This document shows positions 54,032 to 64,000 of a stretch of DNA of 64,000 nucleotides, in pieces. The stretch spans positions 52,953,901-53,017,900 of the forward strand of contig NC_068981.1 of the NCBI RefSeq assembly GCF_001194135.2, read 5' to 3'. The position numbers and the translations under genes were made by a program. The notes beneath the pieces were generated by a model. That model saw nothing but the letters and a program-made list of their open reading frames with translations. It made no database searches and was not told where the DNA came from. This stretch comes from Octopus bimaculoides (Eukaryota). The number at the start of each line of letters is the position of its first letter. Position 1 is the first letter of the stretch.

Positions 54032-55000
54032 TGTTTCATCAACATTTATGTGACCTTGACCATAATTTGATGAAATATGTGTATGTTATAATGCTTTATA
54101 AAGCATAGAATACCATATCTGTTTTCTGAATTTTAGTAATATTATTATGTGACTCATATTTCATGCTCTAGCCTATCACACAGTTTGATGCCCCATATCA
54201 GACTGCACTAGATATAGGAATGGAGTGAGGGACCCTCTACTGATCCCAAATTTTGTTATATGTTGGGCTTTACTGAGCATATATCCTATATATATGTGTC
54301 TATAACATGTGTGGGTGTGCAGATGCAGATACACTCTCACACATATTTATATACATATATATAATCATCATCATTTAACATCTGTCTTTTGTGATGGCAT
54401 GGGTTTGCGGGTGTCTGTGGCTTTATGCCCTTCCTAACAACCATTTTGCAGACTGTAGCGAGGACTTTTATGTGGTGCCAACATTAGTTATGGTAACTTA
54501 ATTCTTTGCAAAGCTAAGCCCCCAAATTGGCCCCTGTATCAGAGGGAGAGGAGGCAGAGGATGAGGAATTTATAAGAAGGAAGGTTGGGGAATATGGCAG
54601 GAAACAGAAGAGAGCTAAGGAATTGGTGACAGAGTTGAGAGAATGGAAGGGACAAAGTTGAAAAGTCAATAGGGGGTTTGTGTAGCAGAATCTGAGGGCT
54701 GTCAAACATAAGGGACATGTATGGACAGGTGTGAGAGACATGGGGCAAGAAGGGCGCAATAACCTTGAATGGAAAGAAATCCTGAATTAATCTATGAAGA
54801 AAAGAGATGTGTGGGGTGAGTCATGTTGGTAGGCCAGTGAGGTACAGATGAGAAGGGGTCTTTGAAGTGTTGAGGAGAGAGGGTTGTGAGAGAAAAAGAG
54901 GTAGAGAGGTGAAAAATAGATGCTGAAGGGTAGCATAGAATTAAAAAAGAAGAGCAGAGTGTGAATACCACATCTTAAATGGGAAGCAGTGAAAAGGAAG

Positions 55001-55066
<66 letters not shown>

Positions 55067-55249
55067 TGTGGGGCCAGTCTGGGTGGGTTCAGTAAAGAAA
55101 AGAAAAGACAGAGAACATTCTTACTGTATACACTAATTTTATATATTATGCAGCAGGGATATATGAAAATATATTTATTCATTTTATTTGTCTTAGCTGT
55201 TAATTTCAGTATGTATTCTATTAGTAATTATCATTGATCTGCAATACTG

Positions 55250-55281
<32 letters not shown>

Positions 55282-56137
55282 GCATGTGTGTGTGTGTGTG
55301 TGTGTGTGTTCAAAGCTGATGTTCCACTCTGATGCTAATCAGAGGGGGGGGTTTTTTCTATGTCTCTTTCAAATAACCTGAATAGCCATTAATTTGTTGT
55401 TTGAAATATCAAACATAGACTCTGGGTGATAACAGTGAATTCTCAGTTCTGAATGGATAAACAAACCTTGCTACATGTATTGAGAACTTTTTCTTCTATT
55501 TATATATCCATTTTATTGAGCAGTTATTTAACAACATGCATTCTCTTTCATATTAACCAAGATGATTTTGTGATGAAAGACCTTAGGAGTTTTAAAGCAA
55601 TCAAATAGAAAAATATATTCTAATAAATACTATCTTATAGTTTTTGTGAATATTGTTGTTCTCAAAATAATATATTAGATAGAATTTCATACAAAAACTT
55701 ATAATTTAATTTGTTTTTATTTTCATTAATTCAAAATCTAGAGATAATCAAATTACAAATTAGTTGCACCAAAATTGAAGCCCTTGTTTATTATTGGTAT
55801 ATAACTTTTAATTCTCTTTCAGTTATCTTATTATTTAATTAATAATAATTTTATATACTAATATTTACTTTGAAGAATTACTTCAGTTTAGAATCAAATT
55901 ATTATTTTGTAAGTCAGAAACAATAAATATTATTTAATAAGAATGCTTGCAATTTACACATGAAAGAAGTCATTTTGTAATAAAAAGGAACAAATGAAAA
56001 TGTCCTTCTTACTATAATTTTAAATTCATTTTTCATATTGTACAATAGAAATAAAAAAAAAACGAATAGACCAATGTCATATTTTGATGATTTTAATATT
56101 TTCACTTCAACATGATATTGAACTTATTTATATGCAG

Positions 56138-56155
56138 ACGTGCTTGGGGTTCCAG
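56138..56155 (+). CDS. Candidate 18-nt CAPS microexon ((G)RAWGS(S/R) in phase 2)
   Basis: Acceptor tatgcag, exon ACGTGCTTGGGGTTCCAG, donor gtatgt. Frame-preserving and open in the phase 2 required after exon 43285-43426. GC-rich island in AT-rich flanks. Confidence 0.4.
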
Positions 56156-57776
56156 GTATGTTGTTGTTATTAGTCTCTTTCTATCACTTAAATACAGCAC
56201 AAAACTTTCCTTTGCCTTCACTCACAACTTAACTAGAAAATTTATATTCCAACTGCTTTAGTTCATATAGTTTCCTGATCTAGGAATCACTTTGAATAAA
56301 TGGGTGTAAATAAATTAGACGTGATCATACACGCACATACATACACACATGCAGTAGCTCTAATTTTCAATAAGTTTGAGTGTGGTTGTATCTGTTATAT
56401 ATATAAAGTCTGTGTCTGCTAAAGTGAAATATAAAAGATATTTTCTTTAAAATAGTATAGGACTTACAAATCGTAAGATATATTTTAGTATTAAAATTTG
56501 TATAAAAAATTCTGAAAATGTAGCAAAGAAAAAAAAGCTTTAAACTTAGATGTATTTGCTGAATATGTACATCTCAATTTGTAAATTAAGATAGACAACA
56601 GAAGAAAATTTATATTAAATTTCCACTTAATCAAATTCTAATGAAATCTATCATTTTCTTTAACCATATAAATTAAAATTTAGAAACATATATACTTTTT
56701 ATTCTTCAAGTTATATTTATCAATATAGTAGATTTAATATTAAATATAATAGATTTTTTTTTAAATGATATATTTGACATTTCTTATACATGATTTTTAT
56801 TAAATCCATCTTTCATCAGTATTACTTTCTAGAAGACATTGACCAGCAATTGAGGGACATTATTTTCCAATTTTATGAAGCTTATTCAGTGTAAAGGAAA
56901 TCAAATAAACTGTCAGCATATAGCTTTTTCATATATTTTTTTAATTTTTAGAAAAGAGGGTCAATGATTTGAAACACAAAATATCTGTCCTATAATTTAG
57001 TTATCAATTATAAGAGAATTTTTATGTATACTTGGATACACATCTCTTAGCCCCTGCAATACTTACTATACCCAAAAAACACTTTTCATGATTATTCTTG
57101 CAGGTAGATACACATCTTGCACAGTGCACTTTGAATTAAACTAACATCTTATTGCATGATATACTTAACAATGACTGTTAAACTTTACAATTTTTTCCTA
57201 TACTTCTTCCTTTGAAAACAATTAATTTTTCACCAATTTCATTTTTTCAAATTTAAAACATTTAAATGTGATGATCTATATATAAATTTCATATTTTTTT
57301 AAGCATTTATATATCTTAGGAACCTTTCATTAGAAGTGGAGATAATCTGCTATTTGTTTCTTCAATACCTAGTCAAAATTAATATCATAGTAACTGCAGC
57401 AAATTTATTATTCATTCTAAAGTTACTATATATTATTCTTAAAATTAAATCTCATGTTTCATCAAATTCAATTTAAGACATTTCATTATGATTTCAGAAC
57501 ATTTTGATTCTATCTGTAGTTCATTGACTTAGTGTACTTAAGAAATATTTGTGCTTGACATGTGGCCAAGTTGTATCATCATCACTTAATGTCCACTTTC
57601 TCATGCTTGCATGGGTCAGACAGAGTTTATTGTGGCAGATTTTTTACGGCAAGATCCCATTCCTGTTGCCAACCCATAACTATTTCCAAGCAAGATAATA
57701 TTCTCCAGGGTCATGCGACACACACACATTCACATATATATTTTAATGCATATAGGTAGGTATATAAATGTATGTA

Positions 57777-58330
57777 CAGGGCCTAAATTTGACAGTTTGC
57801 ATAAAAAGAAAAGAAAACAATATCCCAACCAAAAAAAAAATATTTAAAAAAAGAATAAAAAAATATCAACCTGATTATGGCTGGGAAATAACAGTTTACA
57901 CAAGGTAGCCACTTTCAGCTTCCACCATGGCCTCAAGACAACTATGGAACCAGGTGCATGCTTTCCTCACTGTGTACCTTGGAAGATCTTTGAACACCTC
58001 CTTGATCTTAGCCACCAGTTCAGCTTTAGTGTTACAGGCAAAGCAGTTGGTGTCTTTCACAACTGCACCCCACACATAGTAATCCATGAGATTACAATCA
58101 GGAGGATTTGAAGGCCACAAATTGGAGCTTGTAAAGTAGTAGAAATTCCCTGACAACCACTTTTGGTTCTTTCCAGAGGTATAGCAAGGAGCCAAATCCT
58201 GCTGCTGCACATATGACCTTCCAGCAGCAACCACCATCTCCAGTCTCCAGCAGCTTCACATAACCATCTGAATTGAGCACTAATGCATGAAGCTGTTCCT
58301 GAAAAAGAGGAGACAATCAAATTTAGCCAA
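57777..58330 (-). mobile_element. maT (DD37D) Tc1/mariner transposase C-terminal fragment
   Basis: ORF 57896-58237: QQDLAPC...LWPSNPPDCNLMDYYVWG, 37 residues between the Ds. TA-cagggc terminus at 57775; the other end was not found. Confidence 0.8.
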
Positions 58331-58745
58331 AACACCATTATGTATGCATATATTTCTTTGCACATGCCAGCAAGTTTATTATATGTTGTTTACATATAAA
58401 AACTAAAGTTTTTAGTAGACTATAAATAATAGCTTTGGTATATGCAGCTGATGTAGCATAGTTTTGCAGGCACATGTACCTTACAGTTTGATGGTGTTAT
58501 TCATAATTCAGCTCACCATATTTTCACTCATTGCTTTGCAGAGTTTGTATTTTTTTTTTTTTTTAGACAAACACAAATTTTTTAAATATATTTTTACACA
58601 GCTTTATTTATAATCACTGATGCTTAGTGCGCCGTTAGTTAAAATGTATGAGTGGGTGAATGGATGGATGTATTATGTAGATATCCATCCTTGCCTATGT
58701 GTGTCTGCATGCATGCATGCATTTATGTATGTATGCATGCATGCA

Positions 58746-58781
<36 letters not shown>

Positions 58782-58793
58782 TGTATGTATGTA

Positions 58794-58830
<37 letters not shown>

Positions 58831-60091
58831 TTCAGGTTGAGTAAAAAGTAAATAACGTTTTGAACCATGCAGAATTTGTACCAGATTTTTGTAGAGTTTT
58901 GAATTTTTTTTACCATTTTTTTGCAGTTGTCTGATAATACAGACGTAGACTTGCCCAAATACATCAATAAATTAACATTGATATTTTTTCTCTGTTGTTA
59001 CAATCATCTGAAATTGAACTGTCAAAGTGCGATATTTGAGCAATTTTGCTATTCAACTTCAAAAAAGGACATAAAGCAGCTGAAACTGCTCACAATATCC
59101 ACAAAATGTTTGGTGAGGAAATGGCCAGTGAGAGGTCAGTTTGAAAATGGTTTAAAGGATTTTGCAGTGGAGTTCTGATCCTTGAAGATTGTGAGTGTAA
59201 TGGTCAATTAAAGACTATCATTGAGAAAGATCCATGTAAAACCACTCGAGAACTGGCAAAAGAACTTCAAGTCAGCCAGAAAACTGCCTGCAGCTACTTG
59301 CATGCGATCGGAAAATCAAAAAAGCTCGACAAATGCATACCACACGATTTGAATGAAAATCAGAAAATGTGCAGATATGAAATTTGCTCATTGCTTCTTT
59401 TCCATAACCACACAGTTCCATTTCTTGACTGTATTGTAACTTATGATGAAAAGTGGATTCTGTGCAATAATGAAAAATGTTCTTCACAGTGGTTGGGCCA
59501 AAAGGAAGTACCAAAAACCTTCCCTAAACTCGAGCTCTTCAAAAAGAAGGTTATGGTGACTGTTTGGTGATGTACTGCTGGACTCATCCACTACAACTTC
59601 TTAAAACCCAGAAAAACCATTACTGCAGAAACATATTGCCATGAAATTGCCAAAATGAATGAAAAACTGCTACTCCTCCTTTCCAGACTGGTCAACAGAA
59701 GAGGGTCAATCATTCTTCATGACAATGCTCAACCACACGTTTTACTAATGACACTCCAGAAGTTGAGGGAACTTGGCTATGAAGTTCTTCCCTACCCAGC
59801 TTATTCCTCAGACCTTTCTGCTACGGACTACCACTTTTTCAAGCACCTTGATGGTTTCCTGCAAGAAAAGGAGATCAAAAATCAAGCCGATGCTGAAAAT
59901 GTATTCAAAGGGTTCATCAGCTCCAGAACTTCAGTTTTATATGTCAATGGAATAAACAAACTTGTAACTTGTTGGCAAAAATGCGTTGATTATAATGGCA
60001 CTTACTTTGATAAATAAAATTTCCACATTGTTGAAATATATTGTGATGAATTTCATGTTTTGAAATGTTGCTTACTTTTTACTCAGCTTAA
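58831..60091 (+). mobile_element. Full-length mariner (DD34D, Hsmar1/cecropia-like) with decayed transposase about 59005-60017
   Basis: Imperfect TIRs tcaggttgagtaaaaagtaa / ttactttttactcagcttaa inside TA repeats. Motifs IPHDL, VTYDEKW, HDNAQPH, YSSDLSATDYHFF (D34D counted). In-frame TGA at 59568-70 and an upstream frameshift. Confidence 0.93.
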
Positions 60092-60113
60092 TATATATAT
60101 ATATGTATGTATG

Positions 60114-60194
<81 letters not shown>

Positions 60195-60506
60195 GTGTAC
60201 ATTTAATACACATTAGAGTTGAATTGTTTGGCTAAACCTTTCGAAGTAGGCTTCAGCTAGGCTACAGTCCAATGACCCAAAAAAGTAAAAGATAAAAGAT
60301 ATATGTATATATATTTGTATCTCCTTGTCTTGGCATCTGCCGTAATTGGAAATGGATGTAACTGTCTCACAGTTTTCTGTGAAAACATGTTTCACTATGG
60401 GGGAAATATTACCTTGCTTGGAAACAAGAATGACATCTGGCTGTAGAAAATCTACCTCAATGAGTCCTAGTTAACCCATGCAGGTGTAGTAAAGTGGCAT
60501 TGAAAT

Positions 60507-61967
60507 TGTGGTGTTATGAGCCAGGCTGTGTTGTAGGGAAGGATTGGAAGTGAAGGAGTAGGCATGTCCTGTCGGAAGTGGTACTTATGGATCTCATCTC
60601 AGGGCCAGGTTCAGCCCTTTCATCACGGTATCCAGCCCCACCACATTGATGTGGTTGCAGTTGTCCTTCTTCCTAAGCCAGGCCGCATCCTCCACCTCGA
60701 CACCTCCAATTTCCAGGAAAACTCCCGTCGCCATGCTGCTGGCATCACACCACATGACCCCCTTCTTCAATTTGGGCACATACCAGTTCCCTCTTACTGG
60801 GTCCTCTTCAGTCACCCTCTCCAAGACTTCTTGTATCATGGCAGTTGTCTTCTCGCCCATGTTATCACTCCACCTCACTCCTTCAGCTTGCCTCTTTATG
60901 AAGCTGCATTCTGTCTGGAGCCATCCCCATCACAACATTAATCCCGTCTACTACACAATCAATTACAATAGCCCGCAACCTCAATCTTGTTCCTCGTACC
61001 ACTCTCTCTACATCACTACTTCCACTGCATTCAACTTCCAAACCGTCAACAGCCCTTACACTACTCACTCCACTCCATTCTTCTACCACTTCTGGAGTCA
61101 TTAGGGTTGTTGAGCAGCCTGTGTCTATGAGGGATCATGACACCTTTCCGTTCACCACGACTTCTCCTTCTGGCAATGACACCTCTATTCCTTCGATGGG
61201 ACAACTACTGGCGCAGTAGTCTCCTTTGGACTGTTTCCCTGCATGCATTCACTAGCAATGTGGCCTATCTGTCTGCATCGATAGCGAATCACTCCAGGCC
61301 TGGGTTCCTGCCTGCTCATCTTTGAGCCCAATTCTGGGATCTCATTCCCTCTCCGAAACACCAACATGCCAGCCTTGTCTCTCCTTAGCTTGAGTCCCAG
61401 GGCAGCTCCTCCCTCCATTGCCTCCGGTGGTTTGGCAGTTAGCCCAAAACTCCTCAGGTGGCTTATGACCTCCTTTGCCGACGCTATTCTCTCATCCACC
61501 AAGATGTCATAGATATAGGAATTGGTGGCTCTTTTCACTTTGTCGGCCTTTCCCAGGATGGTCTTGAGAATTGTCGCCATAATCTTCGGTGCTGAATTCA
61601 GTCTGAATCCCAACCTGGTCAGGCAGTACGTCTGTCCTTTATACCTTACCAGCTGATATTTCCACAGTCTCTCTTGAACTCGCTTCTGGCATCCCCTTTT
61701 CAGAGTATGCTGATAGCAGCCTACTGCGTTCTTCAATGTCGGAGGATCTCCCTTCCAGTGCCATTCCACTGTCCATTGCCGGCCATCGAACATAGTTCAA
61801 AAATCATTGTCTGTGATGGTGTGTGCAGCATATTTTTCTTCACAGCTCTCACCACTCTCCTGTCACAAACTCACAGCGCATCACGCCCCCCCTCCCAACA
61901 CCGAACACTACACCAGCTTCATTGACCATAACACCTCCCAAAACACAGCCTGGCTCATAACACCACA
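60507..61967 (-). mobile_element. LTR-retrotransposon-derived (Gypsy-like pol) element with 26-bp terminal inverted repeats and scrambled internal domains
   Basis: Ends tgtggtgttatgagccaggctgtgtt / aacacagcctggctcataacaccaca; 5-bp TSD GAAAT (60502-06, 61968-72). Contains RT (YCLTRLGF.LNSAPKIM, SYIYDILV), Gag knuckle (RCRQIGHIASEC), protease (LIDTGCSTT, 61117-25) and RNase H (WCDASS, HINVVGLD). Confidence 0.88.
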
Positions 61968-62087
61968 GAAATTATGTTGATGATAATGATATATGTACAC
62001 ACACACATACACACTCACACCTCATAACACCACAGAAATTATGTTGATGATAATGATATATGTACACACACACATACACACTCACAC
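61954..62087 (+). repeat. 67-bp direct tandem duplication spanning the right end of the LTR-derived element
   Basis: 61954-62020 equals 62021-62087; includes the last 14 bp of the TIR, the TSD and host flank. Confidence 0.9.
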
Positions 62088-62881
62088 ACTCACACACACA
62101 CACACAAACACACACACTCTCTCACACACTTATTCTTAATATATTCAAGGCACAAAATATATCATTAAGTCATATGCATATAAAAGTAATATTGATTTCA
62201 AATTTTGGCACAAGGCCAGCAATTTTAGGGGAGGAGTATGACAATTACATCAACCCCAGTTTTCAACTGGTACCTATTTTGTTGACCCCAAGAGGATAAA
62301 AGACAAAGACGACCTCAACAGAATTTGAACTCAAAATGTAAAGATGGCCAAATGCCACTAAGCATTTTGCCTAGCATGTTAACAGTCCTGCCAGTTCACC
62401 ACCTTATAAGTAATAGTAATAGTAAACAGTAAATATTTTTACTTAAATCTAAATTTATTTTGAATTTTATTTGACACAATTAACTGTATGTAAGTTATTA
62501 ATCCTTTAAGTTTGAATACTTATCACAACATTAGGAAAAATATTTTTAAATGTTTATAACTACATGTTAATTACTGATAAGAAAGAGCTGGAATCTGATT
62601 TATAAGAAAAATCTGTTTTTAAAAAAGTGAATTAGTTTAGTACTTTTATATCAATATATATGTGGGGGGTATATTAGTGTATGTACAGGTGTGCATGTAT
62701 AAGTGTGGACATGTATGAGAGATTTGTTATCTATTTATTAAATACATAACTCACAGAATTGTCAAAGATCCCTCATCTTTTCATTTTGATGACTTGTCAT
62801 TGTCTTTACTGCACTCCTATTCAGAGTGAATCTGTTTTCTATTTACATATTTTTTTCTTTTATGCATTCTAATAGTTCATA

Positions 62882-62912
<31 letters not shown>

Positions 62913-64000
62913 TTCTGTTATACTTTCTACTCCATCTATTTTTGCTTCTTCAATATTCTCTTTTTGCATAACTTAAAACTTTCTTCGCTGATTATATAGC
63001 CTTGATATTTATATTTAAAAGGATATCCAAAAGATATGAATAATCTGAATATGTTTAATCATCAAAATTTATTGAAATATTATTACTATATCCCTTTTGT
63101 TAATTATATTTTCTTAAATATTTTTGAATGCACCGTATTGACCATACTTTTTTGTTACTTATTTACAGTATATAAGTAAAATTAGATTGTGTTTATTNNN
63201 NNNNNNNNNNNNNNNNNNNNNNNNNNNNNNNNNNNNNNNNNNNNNNNNNNNNNNNNNNNNNNNNNNNNNNNNNNNNNNNNNNNNNNNNNNNNNNNNNNNN
63301 NNNNNNNNNNNNNNNNNNNNNNNNNNNNNNNNNNNNNNNNNNNNNNNNNNNNNNNNNNNNNNNNNNNNNNNNNNNNNNNNNNNNNNNNNNNNNNNNNNNN
63401 NNNNNNNNNNNNNNNNNNNNNNAATCCAATAACATATTTTTTCCTTCATTTTAAAATTACAAAACAATTTCTTTCACCTTTCATTGCTTAACTGTTACAA
63501 AAACATAAAAAATAAATAAATAAAAGTTGGATTGCTTTCAGCCTCTTTTGTTTTGAAAAATAGAATGGTGAATGCTTTTGAATAACAGATTCTGGTAAAC
63601 CAAATCTGTGACTAAGTTATGATTTCCATTTGAAAACTTTTTGTTTCATGTATACTTAGTAATAATCCTCAGGAGATAAATCAGAAAATTAAGATGTCTT
63701 TTTTCTCTCCTCAAAAGTTTGATGTCATGTAAGAAATCATTATTTTATAAAATGGAAATAAAGAACTCTAAAAGTCCCTGTTTTATATGTAGAATTTTGC
63801 TAATGTATATATTATGTAAGAGTGAGTAATCATAATTAACATTAACTAACTGGAATTTTTAGTGTGGATGTGTACAAATTTTAGATATTATTATGTACAA
63901 AATCATATTTTTAATATATTGTATTCATGAATCTTTGCTTTTGGAAGAAGTCTGAAAATGGAAAATAGGACACTGCATTTGATGCCTAAAATAATGATGC

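Noticed and set aside
56820-56890. Exon-like stretch YYFLEDIDQQLRDIIFQFYEAYS with a gtaaag donor
   Set aside because: Entering in the phase 2 required after the preceding CAPS exon gives stops; no resemblance to CAPS that I can recognise.
57085-57109. AG|GT juxtaposition resembling a recursive splice site
   Set aside because: The donor part (gtagat) is weak, and such motifs are expected by chance in 64 kb.
60507-61967. DIRS/tyrosine-recombinase element (because of inverted termini and a DAS RNase H motif)
   Set aside because: An aspartic protease motif and a 5-bp TSD point to an integrase-using LTR family; no recombinase sequence is seen.
3464-63491. Many ORF-track entries rich in YI, CV, HT or RE repeats, or in X
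   Set aside because: They are translations of (TA)n, (CA)n and (GA)n microsatellites or of N gaps, not genes.

Overview
AT-rich, microsatellite-dense animal genomic DNA with about 12 assembly gaps. The SINE/LINE repertoire resembles Octopus (species assignment is an inference). The window lies inside very large introns of a + strand CAPS/CADPS (unc-31) gene. Two canonical coding exons are recognisable (38445-38601 and 43285-43426; MUN/MHD1 region) and splice in frame; the ORF track misses them. Two frame-preserving microexon candidates (24 nt at 18610, 18 nt at 56138) lie at positions where CAPS is alternatively spliced in vertebrates. The rest is a dense layer of mostly dead mobile elements: a complete DD36E Tc1, a complete DD34D mariner, a DD37D maT fragment, a Tigger remnant, RTE and CR1/L2-type LINE fragments, two different Penelope-like elements, tRNA-head SINEs, piggyBac/Tigger/palindromic MITEs and a long-TIR foldback element with an 8-bp TSD. 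The most unusual object is a 1.46-kb LTR-retrotransposon-derived element (60507-61967). It has 26-bp perfect terminal inverted repeats and a 5-bp TSD, and its internal pieces are in the permuted order RT > Gag knuckle > protease > RNase H. Family assignments come from recalled motifs, not database searches, and further exons could be hidden in the N gaps.
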